From NCBI GenBank assembly GCA_001797335.1, contig MGPE01000009.1:246-64245 (forward strand): DNA of 64,000 nucleotides, in the 5' to 3' direction. Numbering within the stretch: the first letter of the stretch is position 1; the number at the start of each line of letters is the position of its first letter. The stretch is from Deltaproteobacteria bacterium GWA2_38_16. GTDB lineage: Bacteria; Bdellovibrionota; JACOXK01; 2-02-FULL-40-11. Both the position numbers and the translations under genes were made by a program. The notes under the pieces were generated by a model that worked only from the letters and a program-made list of their open reading frames with translations, ran no database searches and was not told the origin of the DNA. Positions 23,196 to 33,175 of this stretch are shown here, piece after piece.

Positions 23196-23909
23196 CTAAA
23201 ATCTTAAATTATTAATCAACTGAATTTTATCCCTATCTACATATAAAATTTTATTACACATACTATTAATTAAATTAATATCATGCGAAACAAATAAGAT
23301 AGTTTTGTGATTACGATATGAATTCATGATTTCTAAAATACATTTTTTTTGAAAATTTTCATCTCCAACAGCCAATACTTCATCAGCAATCAAAATGTCA
23401 TAATCTACATGGATTGCTACAGAAAATGCTAAGCGCATAACCATACCTGATGAGTAATACTTAATCTTTGTATCGATAAACTTTCCAATTTCAGAAAAAT
23501 CTACCATTTTAAGAAAATGTTTCTGAATTTCTCTTTTTTTCATCCCCAAAATAGCCCCATAAAGAAATACATTTTCTCTTCCAGTAAGCTCAGGATGAAA
23601 TCCCGCTCCTAATTCTAAAAGAGGAGAAATCTTACCTTTTACAAATATTCTACCTTGATTTGGTTTTAAAATATTACATATTAATTTTAAAATTGTACTC
23701 TTTCCACAACCATTGGGACCAGTAATTCCAACAAAATCTCCTTTAAAAATAGAAAAATTAAGATCCGTAAACACATTATAAACCTGGGAATTTTTCTTTT
23801 TAAGAAATTTCGGAAAAGAAACAATCATTTCTTGAAATGTTAAATTTTTCTCAAAGTTTACTTTAAAAAATTTTTCAACTGACTCAAATTTAATAATAGA
23901 TTCTTGCAT
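23196..23909 (-). CDS. wzt: polysaccharide ABC transporter ATPase (Wzt/TagH-like)
   Basis: GPNGCGKST, LGAGFHPELTGREN, YSSGM, DEVLAVGD; no C-terminal sugar-binding domain. Confidence 0.93.
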   Translation of the reverse strand: MQESIIKFESVEKFFKVNFEKNLTFQEMIVSFPKFLKKKNSQVYNVFTDLNFSIFKGDFVGITGPNGCGKSTILKLICNILKPNQGRIFVKGKISPLLELGAGFHPELTGRENVFLYGAILGMKKREIQKHFLKMVDFSEIGKFIDTKIKYYSSGMVMRLAFSVAIHVDYDILIADEVLAVGDENFQKKCILEIMNSYRNHKTILFVSHDINLINSMCNKILYVDRDKIQLINNLRF

Positions 23910-23910
23910 T

Positions 23911-24687
23911 TTATGCTCTTTCAACAAATTCCCATTCTTTTCTTTTAAAAAGGAAATATGAAATATACATGACTAAGAAAGAAAAAAAGCACACATAGAA
24001 CACATGGCCATTAAACTCAAAATTATTAAAAATAATAACTTGATGATAAAGATGGATGATTAAAGCAAATGGATTTAATAAATATAAGGTTCGATATTTT
24101 TGTGGAACTGCTTCAAGATGATATGCGATAGGGCACAGAAAAAACAAGAACTGAAAAACAACATTTAATATTAAGGGAACGTCCTTCAAATAAACCATTA
24201 ACATACTAAATAAAAAAGAACTTCCTAGGATTAAAAAAAACTGGACCATCATTAAAAATGGTAAAATAAAATAATAACTTGAAATATGAATATGAGTAAA
24301 ACAAATAATTGCTATTAACAGTATTGTCATAGAAATTAAGAAATGAATAAATTGACCTACTGCTATTGCAATGGGGAAAATCTCTCGCGGAAAGTACACT
24401 TTGTTAAGCAAGTGAAAATTATGAACTATTGATTCCGATGAATTGGTAATTGCAGTTGTGAAAAAAATCCAAGGGATAAGACCGCTTAATAAATAAATGA
24501 CATAGTGATCAATTTGAACCTTAAAAACATATTTAAAAACAAACGTATAGGTAACAACAAGACTTAAAGGATGTAAAATAGTCCAAAAGAATCCAAGATA
24601 TGAAGATTTATAACGATCCTTTAGATCTCTAACAACAAAACCTTCGATAACACCATAATATGAAATAATATTTTCAAATAATTGCAT
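23911..24687 (-). CDS. wzm: polysaccharide ABC transporter permease (Wzm)
   Basis: RDLKDRYKSSYLGFFW, KVYFPRE, LNP; ABC-2 type with 6 TM. Confidence 0.93.
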   Translation of the reverse strand: MQLFENIISYYGVIEGFVVRDLKDRYKSSYLGFFWTILHPLSLVVTYTFVFKYVFKVQIDHYVIYLLSGLIPWIFFTTAITNSSESIVHNFHLLNKVYFPREIFPIAIAVGQFIHFLISMTILLIAIICFTHIHISSYYFILPFLMMVQFFLILGSSFLFSMLMVYLKDVPLILNVVFQFLFFLCPIAYHLEAVPQKYRTLYLLNPFALIIHLYHQVIIFNNFEFNGHVFYVCFFSFLVMYISYFLFKRKEWEFVERA

Positions 24688-24731
24688 TTTAAATACAAGA
24701 TTTTAAAGAATAAACAAAATTTTCTCTGCAC

Positions 24732-25031
24732 CTACATAGGCTTGTATTGTAAATTTAACCTATCTACCACACGAACATAAATGGGCATAACAGTTTTAGA
24801 AAGATACCGATTTCGCTGAAAAAAGAAAAATAAAGAAAGAGCAAATTTATTTTTTTTTAGAGCATAAAATAAATGCTGACGACTTGTCAAACTCATCTCT
24901 TGATAAGATTTAGTAGAGGCATCTATTCGCTCTTGTAATGTCTCAATGGTCTGAATCATATTTTGCTGCATATAAACCAGTTTTTCTTCATAATATTTAA
25001 CTTTTTTCTCTAGTTCTTCAATAGTTGCCAT
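24732..25031 (-). CDS. small coiled-coil hypothetical protein
   Basis: Heptad-like IEELEKKVKYYEEKLVYMQQ; RBS AAGGA; lies within the glycan operon. Confidence 0.6.
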   Translation of the reverse strand: MATIEELEKKVKYYEEKLVYMQQNMIQTIETLQERIDASTKSYQEMSLTSRQHLFYALKKNKFALSLFFFFQRNRYLSKTVMPIYVRVVDRLNLQYKPM

Positions 25032-27277
25032 ATTTTATTCCTTTCTTCGCAATAAATCATGTTAACTTGTGGATTAACATATGAAACCACCGTTGCAATG
25101 TTACTTGTAACATGCATCAGATAATGACTTTTTGCCAAGAGTAACATATCTATTATAACTTGTTCTGCTAAACGAGTATCCCAATTATTGGGATCTAATG
25201 CCAACCTATGCTGAATTTGATGCCCATCGCATAATTGTTCTTCTCTGGATAATAAAGAAAAATGAGCATCTTGCTCAAGCGTTGTTCGAGGCACTACACT
25301 TACAAAAGTAAGATTTCTACCAAAGTGTTTTTGAAAAAGCTGAATAGTAGCCTCATGATCAGTAGCGAGAAAAACCACACAATTATTATTTGAAAAATCT
25401 TTAGCTTTTATAAGTCTATGAATTTTATCAATATATAAATTAACATCAGGCATGGTTTTATTAATCTGCTCCATGGCATGACTGGGATGGCGAACATGTG
25501 CTGCTATGACAATCTTATTGGTAAAATATTGCTGAGAAAAACATTCCACCTCATTCAAAATACTTTCTCTAATTCTAACATATTTTCTAAAATAAAAATG
25601 GTACCAATTGCGCCATTCTTGAAAATCTTTTCTCTTATACAACTCATACGCCTGGATATATGTTAATAAAGGTTCTCGTTTCTCATTAAAATCATCCACT
25701 AAAACTCCATCTGCATAAAGCCCTTCATCAGAATTATATACATCTTCACTTATATCTACAAAAGGAAGTGGTTTAAATAATTTTAGCCAAATATTTCCAT
25801 CTTCAGGCTTTCCATAACAAAAACTTTTTATTCCTTGTCCGTAAATTTTTTTGATTTGAGTAGGTCGCCAGTCAGGCAATACAATAGCTTTGGGATCTTC
25901 GTATAACTCCCAGACAAGATAAGACATAAATCTATTAAATAAAGAGAAAAAACCTCCATCATGTCCTGGAATAATTACTTTTTTGGGTTTATTTGTAATT
26001 TTCTTGCAATTTTCTCTAGAATGACTTTCCTGAATATCATAAATTTTAGTTTTTCCCTGGAGAAATAAATATTTTGAATACAGTTTTTTATTATTAGTTA
26101 CAAGTTTATCATCATCAATTCTATTGTGTTCCCCAAGTTCTATGGTGCATGGAGCAATAAGAGTCAGGTATTTTCTCTTTAAAAATTTATAAGAAAAATT
26201 TTTTGCCCATTCTTTTCGTTGCGCGATTAAATCATCTTTATAAAGAGCATGACGATTTTGATAACATACCTTTAAAGTAGAAATAATATCATCCAGAAAG
26301 GGTTTAAATTGAACTCCACTATATGTACCAAAAGACAGATGCTTACAATGAATTTGAGAATAATAAGCCGATACAGGAATATCACACACTACGGGTTGTA
26401 CTATTCCAGATTGACAAATTTCTTCTTGAGCAAATGCATGCGCAACAAGGAGAGGCTTGCCCAAGGCCAATGCTTCTCGAGGAATAATTGAATAACCCTC
26501 CCCACCACCTAAAGCAACATAACAATCAATGGAATCTAAATCATCATAATACTCTTCTTTTCGATTATAGTGCCCCGTTGAAATAGAAATGCTGGATGTT
26601 TTACTAAATTTTTTATTAGAGAAATATTTTTGATAATAACTTTGCTCCAAATATCCTGAAAAACGCAGCGTTAGCTGGACATGCGCGCTATCAAGTGGAA
26701 ATGCTTTTAAAAAAGCTTCTGTCAGTAAATGAAAATTTTTTCTTTCCTCTAAAAAACCAATTGATCCAAAAGTAAATTTTTTAGAAAAAAATCTTGGTTT
26801 TCTATCTATAAGCACCGCTAAATCTAGTGCCAAAGGTAAATAAAAAATTGGTTTTGAAATACCAGAATTTTTAAATATCGGGATAAGACACTCGGAAGGT
26901 ACAAGTACGGCGTCAAAATAGTTTTCTATAATAGCTACCCATTCGGAAGGTATTTTTGTGGATTCAAAGACACAATAGGCTAGTTTTATAACGGAATCTG
27001 GAATTTTTGTATAATTAGCATCGCCGATACCATTCCATAAGACGTCTGTGAAAATAGATATACCTTCTTTCAATGAATAACTATGCAAGTTTTGTGAAGA
27101 AATAATATTTACATTTTTAGGAAGCCCTTTCAGATTACTTTCAGGCCGGGTATTAATGAAGTTTAACTTGTTAATAAATTGATCATTAGTAGAAATTAAA
27201 TCAATAAAAGATCTACTATGCTGGCCAATACTGGTTATAGCATCAAACTTTCCAACTACATTGATACAATAATCCAT
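25010..27277 (-). CDS. bifunctional glycosyltransferase: N-terminal GT-B/GT4-like plus C-terminal NodZ/GT23-like fucosyltransferase domain
   Basis: N-terminal: FESTKIP, ERKN, GEGYSIIPREA. C-terminal: GGFFS, AHVRHPSH, VFLATD, DMLLLAKSHYLMHVTSNIA. Confidence 0.72.
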   Translation of the reverse strand: MDYCINVVGKFDAITSIGQHSRSFIDLISTNDQFINKLNFINTRPESNLKGLPKNVNIISSQNLHSYSLKEGISIFTDVLWNGIGDANYTKIPDSVIKLAYCVFESTKIPSEWVAIIENYFDAVLVPSECLIPIFKNSGISKPIFYLPLALDLAVLIDRKPRFFSKKFTFGSIGFLEERKNFHLLTEAFLKAFPLDSAHVQLTLRFSGYLEQSYYQKYFSNKKFSKTSSISISTGHYNRKEEYYDDLDSIDCYVALGGGEGYSIIPREALALGKPLLVAHAFAQEEICQSGIVQPVVCDIPVSAYYSQIHCKHLSFGTYSGVQFKPFLDDIISTLKVCYQNRHALYKDDLIAQRKEWAKNFSYKFLKRKYLTLIAPCTIELGEHNRIDDDKLVTNNKKLYSKYLFLQGKTKIYDIQESHSRENCKKITNKPKKVIIPGHDGGFFSLFNRFMSYLVWELYEDPKAIVLPDWRPTQIKKIYGQGIKSFCYGKPEDGNIWLKLFKPLPFVDISEDVYNSDEGLYADGVLVDDFNEKREPLLTYIQAYELYKRKDFQEWRNWYHFYFRKYVRIRESILNEVECFSQQYFTNKIVIAAHVRHPSHAMEQINKTMPDVNLYIDKIHRLIKAKDFSNNNCVVFLATDHEATIQLFQKHFGRNLTFVSVVPRTTLEQDAHFSLLSREEQLCDGHQIQHRLALDPNNWDTRLAEQVIIDMLLLAKSHYLMHVTSNIATVVSYVNPQVNMIYCEERNKIWQLLKN

Positions 27278-27300
27278 ATTATATCACATCTAACTAATCA

Positions 27301-28290
27301 TCATAACATATTCTTAAAATATAATAATATACGTCCTATGCCTTCTTCTAAATTTATACTTGGACTAAAACCTAATTCTTTTTGAAGCGCCACATCCCCG
27401 CCTCTCGCAAATACACCTTCAGGCATTTCTGACATTCCTGAAATAATTGGATCATGGTATCCTAATAATTTTATCACCACTTTTGAAAAGTGGACAAAAG
27501 ACGTTAAAATACCCGTTGATAGATTTATAGCTCTTCCATTATTTATTTTATCTTTTGTAATCAAGATACCTCTCACACAGTCATCAATATGAATAAAATC
27601 CCTCATCTGATAACCAGATCCCCAAACTTTAAATAATTTTTGTTGCTTGTTTTGAAGCTCCAATGCACGCAAACATAATGAAGGTACTGGATATGACCAA
27701 TCTTGATCTTCCCCATATCCAGAAAAAGGTCTATAGATCACACTCTTTAAATCATGCCTTTCATAAGCCAAGTGGGCTAGAAATTCTCCTGTTAACTTAG
27801 CCCAACCATAGGTTAAATCAGGAACACCAATAGTTTGAGAAAAATTAATATCATCTTCTTTTAAAAGACGAAAATTATCTTTCTCTTGAAGTTTTATTGG
27901 ATAGGCTGCGCTTGAGCTAAAATAAATAGTTTTTGGAATTTTATTTTGTTTAGCCCATTGCCAATAAGCCGAATCTATAGACAAATCCTCGGCTATGGCC
28001 AACGGATTTTTTTCTATCATCATTCTTCCACCCACAACAGCCGCTAAATGATACACCTCATCAAAGTATTCATTAGCGCATTGTACAAAAAAATTCCGAC
28101 AATCCTCTTGATAAAAAACAAAATTATGAAAATCGAGTGGATTAAATTGATACCATCCTTCTTGAGGATGCTTCCCTCCACATTCTTTCATCAAATTATC
28201 TACACAAACAACATCATAACCTTTTTCCAAAAAAATCTTACAAAAGCGCCGTCCAACAAATCCTGCACCCCCTGTTATAAGAACTCTCAT
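27301..28290 (-). CDS. NAD-dependent nucleotide-sugar epimerase/dehydratase (extended SDR)
   Basis: TGGAGFVG, HLAA, SSSAAY, YGWAK, WGSGYQMRDFIHIDD. Confidence 0.92.
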   Translation of the reverse strand: MRVLITGGAGFVGRRFCKIFLEKGYDVVCVDNLMKECGGKHPQEGWYQFNPLDFHNFVFYQEDCRNFFVQCANEYFDEVYHLAAVVGGRMMIEKNPLAIAEDLSIDSAYWQWAKQNKIPKTIYFSSSAAYPIKLQEKDNFRLLKEDDINFSQTIGVPDLTYGWAKLTGEFLAHLAYERHDLKSVIYRPFSGYGEDQDWSYPVPSLCLRALELQNKQQKLFKVWGSGYQMRDFIHIDDCVRGILITKDKINNGRAINLSTGILTSFVHFSKVVIKLLGYHDPIISGMSEMPEGVFARGGDVALQKELGFSPSINLEEGIGRILLYFKNML

Positions 28291-29399
28291 GATTGTACTA
28301 CCTTTTCATAAATTTTTACGGTCTGCAAAGCACAATTTTCCCAAGAAAATTGTTTTGCTCTTATATACCCTTTTTCAATTAAACGTTGACGAAGGCTAGA
28401 ATCATTTAAAACTTGCCACATTCCATCTGCTATATCTTCCACATCCTCTGGATCTACAAAATAAGCGGCATCCCCTGAAATTTCTTTTGGGGCACTACAA
28501 TTTGAAGCTACCACAGGAGTTCCACATGACATTGCTTCTAAAAGTGGCAAACCAAAGCCTTCTATCAGTGAAGGAAAGACAAAAAGAGAAGCCTTTTCAT
28601 AAAAAGACTTAAGTTGTGAAAATGAAGGATTTTCAATAAACATAATATGCTGTTTCAAACCTAATTCTTTAACTTTTTCTATAATTTTAGAATAATAAGT
28701 TCCCTTCATGCCTACAAGATAAAGAAGATGCCCTAAGCCTTTTTTATTTACAAGAAAATGATATGCTTGAATAAGACGAATCAAATTCTTATGGGAAGCG
28801 GTTCTTCCTACCCACAAAATATAACTTTGAGACATAGAGGGTAAAAATTTCGGGGGACTCAACATAAAAGATGGGAGACCATTATAAATTACTTTAATTT
28901 TTCCCTCCGGAATTCTTATGTGCTCTAAGATATCTGTTTTAGAAGTTTCTGAAACGGTAATCACATAGGAGGATTGCATTGCTCCTCTTCTAATAGCTCC
29001 TTGCCAAAATTTTCTATCATAAAACGCTGTAACTGAAGAAGCTGCTTTAAAAGAAATGGCATCATGAACAGTAATTACAAAAGGACAGGGCACAAATAAA
29101 ACTCCCTGATTTGCTGGAAAATGTAATACATCGATATTAAATTGTTTTAAAAATGAATAAAAAAAAAGATTTCTCCAAAGTAGGGTCAACTTCAAATATT
29201 GATGAGAAACGGGGCATTTAACATAACAAAAATTTGGTGCAGAAACCCCATAGTAGTCTCCTGCATCATGATGAACAAAAATCGTATATTGGTTTTGTTG
29301 ATCAATAGCAGCTAAGGCAGAAATAAGTTCTTTTGTATATATCTGGAGGCCTCCTGTATCACCAATCCTCATTCCTAAAGTATCAATCCCGATATGCAT
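28287..29399 (-). CDS. glycosyltransferase family 4 (mannosyltransferase-like)
   Basis: ITVHD, TVSETSK, VGR...KN, FPSLIEGFGLPLLEAM, FSWE; start placed at MHIGID. Confidence 0.93.
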   Translation of the reverse strand: MHIGIDTLGMRIGDTGGLQIYTKELISALAAIDQQNQYTIFVHHDAGDYYGVSAPNFCYVKCPVSHQYLKLTLLWRNLFFYSFLKQFNIDVLHFPANQGVLFVPCPFVITVHDAISFKAASSVTAFYDRKFWQGAIRRGAMQSSYVITVSETSKTDILEHIRIPEGKIKVIYNGLPSFMLSPPKFLPSMSQSYILWVGRTASHKNLIRLIQAYHFLVNKKGLGHLLYLVGMKGTYYSKIIEKVKELGLKQHIMFIENPSFSQLKSFYEKASLFVFPSLIEGFGLPLLEAMSCGTPVVASNCSAPKEISGDAAYFVDPEDVEDIADGMWQVLNDSSLRQRLIEKGYIRAKQFSWENCALQTVKIYEKVVQS

Positions 29400-29447
29400 A
29401 CAGTAAAGCCATAGCAGAGAGCAAGAAAACACCCAAGATGAAAATAA

Positions 29448-30629
29448 TTAAAAAATATGCCCTTTAAAAAGTTTTTCTAAAAATGTTAAAATGGGCAACA
29501 CTTGTAAATCATGATAGGTTAAGATTTCTTTTCCCATATATACTCCATAAGCCTTAATGATATTAATCCCTTTTCGTCCCTGTAGAGATAAGATAGGCTT
29601 AAACCATTCTGATTTCCACTTTTTACTATATTTTACTTCAATACAGATAATTTCAGCTGGTTTATTTATCTTTTGTTTTGTTAATTCTATAATAAAATCA
29701 ATTTCACTCCCTTGAGTTGTCCGATAAAAAAAAAGTCCCCGATGTTTCTTACTATATTCATTATAAACTCTAAGTTCATGAAAAAAAATTGTCTCTAATG
29801 CCGTACCTGCCCATATTTCATCCATCGGTTCATACACAAGGTTTGAAGCTGCCCGGGCAACACCAGGATCAAACCAGTAAAACTTAGAATGTGTTACTTC
29901 GCGAACTTTAAGATTCGGTCTATAGGAAGATAAAAAATGTCCCAAAAGAGTATCACTTAATATGCCAAAATAATTATCTACATTACTCCTTGAAATCATT
30001 GCATCTCGTGAAATATTAGAGGCATTGATCTGCTGACCATTGAGTTTACCTGCCACTTCTAAAAATCTTAAAAATGGGTCTAGTTTTCTCACTACCCCTT
30101 CTTCTTTAATTTCTTCTTTTATATAGGTATGAACATAGGTCTGTAAGGTTTCAGCTGCATCTTCTGGATAAAGATGTACAAGGGGTAATAAACCATATTG
30201 AATGGCTCGACCAAGATTATATTGATGACCTAATTCACCGTAAGAAAATTGTTCCATATTTTTTGTCAGTGCACGTCCAGCCAATAAATTAGCTCCCTCT
30301 CGCTTCAGTTTACGGGCAGACGAACCACTTAAAGCAAATTTTAAATGCCGCTCTTCCATAAGGCGATGTACCTCATCCAAGAGGCGAGGCACTTTTTGTA
30401 CTTCATCGATCCATATCCATTCAGGAGGATTATTCCCAATAAGAGATTCTAATTCCTCAGGATGAGCACTAAGACGAACTTGAAGGTCTGTTTTCAATAA
30501 ATCAAATCTTTGAGCATTCAACAAAGCGTGGTCAAGCCAGGTACTTTTTCCTACTCCCCTGGGACCAAATAAAAAAAAGGACCTATTGGGCACTGTCAAA
30601 AGACGAGAGATAGAATGCAGTTTCTTCAT
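29448..30629 (-). CDS. AAA+ ATPase with DUF4143 / C-terminal PD-(D/E)xK-like domain
   Basis: GPRGVGKST, IDEVQK, SGSSA, LAGRA, KFYWFDPG, EIDFII...IEVK. Confidence 0.88.
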   Translation of the reverse strand: MKKLHSISRLLTVPNRSFFLFGPRGVGKSTWLDHALLNAQRFDLLKTDLQVRLSAHPEELESLIGNNPPEWIWIDEVQKVPRLLDEVHRLMEERHLKFALSGSSARKLKREGANLLAGRALTKNMEQFSYGELGHQYNLGRAIQYGLLPLVHLYPEDAAETLQTYVHTYIKEEIKEEGVVRKLDPFLRFLEVAGKLNGQQINASNISRDAMISRSNVDNYFGILSDTLLGHFLSSYRPNLKVREVTHSKFYWFDPGVARAASNLVYEPMDEIWAGTALETIFFHELRVYNEYSKKHRGLFFYRTTQGSEIDFIIELTKQKINKPAEIICIEVKYSKKWKSEWFKPILSLQGRKGINIIKAYGVYMGKEILTYHDLQVLPILTFLEKLFKGHIF

Positions 30630-30630
30630 A

Positions 30631-30693
30631 ATTGCATTTTAACATTATAATATAAAAATGCAATGCAAATTTACATCATAGCATAAAAATGCA
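30631..30693. promoter_or_regulatory. operator-like TGCA repeat cluster upstream of the AAA-DUF4143 gene
   Basis: Perfect 10-bp inverted repeat ATTGCATTTT (30631-40) / AAAATGCAAT (30655-64); direct repeat ATAAAAATGCA at 30652 and 30683. Confidence 0.55.
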
Positions 30694-32226
30694 TTAACCC
30701 TTGTTCCGATACGCATAGGGTAAGGCGATAGCAGAGAGCGAGAAAACACCCAAAACAAAAGTAAAGAGAATAAGTCGAAAGGTAAACCTTTCCCTAGGAT
30801 AAACATAAATAGCCTTAACAAACCAAAGATTAAAAATGTTATCATCTGCATTTTTATCTAACACTTCTTTTAAAGCCGTTTTATCAATAATTTCTGTATT
30901 TCTGGCATATAATTTTTTCAAACTATCCTCTGAAACATGCCTCCATTCAAATGTTTTCATCCGTTTCAAAAAATAGGGAATCCCCTTCCCTAATTGATAA
31001 ATCGCATTTAATTTTGGATCGTTATAGTAACGAACCGCGTCTAGCTTATGATAAAAATATTGGGGTAAATCATACCTATAATTAGTCATATGTACATAAT
31101 AAGTATAGCCTACTAATACTCCAACCATTTGAAATAGTATCCCTATAGACACCAAAATAGAGCAGATATATTTAATATATCGATTTAAAAAATTAAAGCT
31201 CTCTGCAAGAAATAATAAACAAAAAGGAATTATGACCAATAAATATCTGGGTCCCCAGACAGGATCTCCAGCAAAAAAACGAACATTGGCATAAAAAATA
31301 ATATAGCTTGTACTTAGCAAGAAAATCGTCATAGCTTCCGTTTTAAATTTTTTATAGAAAAAGGGGAATAAAAAAACGCTCAAAAGTAAAATAGGATTAA
31401 AAATAAAAATACTTTTCCCAGGACTCAATAAAAGTCCTCGTAAACCATTTAAAAATGGTTTTAAAGAAACCATTTCAAAATAGGCATTCGCCCACCAAGA
31501 AAAATTGGCCCATGTAATAGAAAGTTTAAAAAATAAAAAAATAATGATGGGCATCAAAATAAAAGCCGGATATATAAATACTTTTTTAACATCGGCTTTT
31601 GTTTGAATGAGCAAAAAAATCCATGCTGGTAGTGTGAGTACAAACGTATATCGGGTTATAAATCCTAGAATCATCATCATTAAAGAAATATAAAAATAAC
31701 GATACAACTTTAATTTTTGAAATTTTAAGAGAAAATAAAATGTGGCCAATGCAAAAAAACCTTCCTGAACAGCATCATGCATGGATTTTGAATACACCCA
31801 CACCATCGTTGAAAAAGCCAAGATAAAGGTCATTGTAAAACTTATTTTTTTAGAATAATTGAGGAGCAGTAAAAGATTAAAAAAGAAAAGACATAGGCCT
31901 GCCGCAAAAAAAGCATTTAAAAAAGTACTAAAAAAGTGCCCTCCGTGTAAAATACCAGGCCCTAACCAATTTCCTAAAGCATAAAGAGGAATAAATCCAA
32001 ATACCTGTCCCCAATGCATATTTGGAAATTGAGATAATCTAATCAGATCTTGCTCATGATATCCTGTATAACGAAAACCTTCTTGAAAATCAGGAGGACT
32101 TTTAATAACTAAAGATTGAGCTTGTTTATAACGCACCCATCCATCTAGACAATCAAAATCACCCGCAGCTGTTAAAAGAAAACAAGAAAGCAAGAAAAGA
32201 AATAAGATAAGGTTACGTAACATCAA
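30694..32226 (-). CDS. multi-TM membrane protein, putative GT-C (PMT/ArnT-like) glycosyltransferase
   Basis: DxxDG acidic first loop, STMVWVYSK, LLSPGKSIF, WGPRYL; about 11 TM segments. Confidence 0.6.
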   Translation of the reverse strand: MMLRNLILFLFLLSCFLLTAAGDFDCLDGWVRYKQAQSLVIKSPPDFQEGFRYTGYHEQDLIRLSQFPNMHWGQVFGFIPLYALGNWLGPGILHGGHFFSTFLNAFFAAGLCLFFFNLLLLLNYSKKISFTMTFILAFSTMVWVYSKSMHDAVQEGFFALATFYFLLKFQKLKLYRYFYISLMMMILGFITRYTFVLTLPAWIFLLIQTKADVKKVFIYPAFILMPIIIFLFFKLSITWANFSWWANAYFEMVSLKPFLNGLRGLLLSPGKSIFIFNPILLLSVFLFPFFYKKFKTEAMTIFLLSTSYIIFYANVRFFAGDPVWGPRYLLVIIPFCLLFLAESFNFLNRYIKYICSILVSIGILFQMVGVLVGYTYYVHMTNYRYDLPQYFYHKLDAVRYYNDPKLNAIYQLGKGIPYFLKRMKTFEWRHVSEDSLKKLYARNTEIIDKTALKEVLDKNADDNIFNLWFVKAIYVYPRERFTFRLILFTFVLGVFSLSAIALPYAYRNKG

Positions 32227-32263
32227 AAAAATTTAACCTAAAACCAAGAACCTTAACTAAGCG

Positions 32264-33163
32264 TTAGGGATTATTCCCTGGAGCAGGATTATCCGGATTA
32301 GCAGCTCCTTCGGTTGTACCACCAGCTTGTATGTCTTGAGCAGCACTCGTCCCCGACGAAATCGCTGCAGCTACTTGAGTGCTATCTGCCGCACCAGCTG
32401 GGTTAGTACTGGGACTTGTTGTTTCAGTTGCGGTTTGAGCCGTCGTCGCAGGAGTAGCAAGAGGTGCAGTAGGCGTTGCAATGCTAGGAATCTTATTCTC
32501 AGGTGGTGCAGTAATAGTTACTGTTGTTATAGTATTTCCTTTTTCATCAACAATCGCAGCCATTCCATTTTGAACTCTTTCAGGATTTAAAAATGCGCTA
32601 TCTGAGGGTTTATATACAGTGATATATCCATCATAACTATTCACTTTTACGCTCCCCATTGCGAGGTGCTCGGTTATAACATCAGATCCTCGCACACCTA
32701 CGGTTACCGCAGGTGTTACAACCCGTATTTCATCTCCTGTTTTTAATCCCTTGGCTAAGGTTCTTAAAATTCCTTGGGTATGCTGAACCACGACTTTTTT
32801 ATTTCCAGCCTTATCAACAATGGCCTTATCAATTTTAAACTTAGAATTTTCATAAATAAAAAAAGCCAATTGCTCTTTTGATTTTTTGCCTTCATCTAAA
32901 AGCACTCGGACAGCACTATTAGGACCGGTTGTAATCCAATCATCATAAAACAAGGGGTCATTGAGTTTTAGAATAACTGTTTTAGCTTCTCTCGTATATT
33001 TTAGTTCATTGACCTTTCCCGAAACTTCAATCACCTTACCCGCTGGGACCAAGGCTCCATGGAGTTGGTACTGATGATAGAGAAGTGTGGGTATGGTAAA
33101 TAACACCACCAACATAAAGATAACTGTATAGTGAATTTTCCCAAATTGATTAAGTTTTTTCAT
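32264..33163 (-). CDS. FecR-domain exported protein with Thr/Ala/Pro-rich tail
   Basis: DWITTGPNSAV, TPAVTVGVRGS (FecR-like motifs); N-terminal hydrophobic segment. Confidence 0.75.
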   Translation of the reverse strand: MKKLNQFGKIHYTVIFMLVVLFTIPTLLYHQYQLHGALVPAGKVIEVSGKVNELKYTREAKTVILKLNDPLFYDDWITTGPNSAVRVLLDEGKKSKEQLAFFIYENSKFKIDKAIVDKAGNKKVVVQHTQGILRTLAKGLKTGDEIRVVTPAVTVGVRGSDVITEHLAMGSVKVNSYDGYITVYKPSDSAFLNPERVQNGMAAIVDEKGNTITTVTITAPPENKIPSIATPTAPLATPATTAQTATETTSPSTNPAGAADSTQVAAAISSGTSAAQDIQAGGTTEGAANPDNPAPGNNP

Positions 33164-33175
33164 GATCGATCCTCC

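Noticed and set aside
10255..24855. Poly-A/T runs of 8-10 nt as phase-variation tracts
   Set aside because: They are common throughout this AT-rich sequence, including essential genes, and all reading frames are intact.
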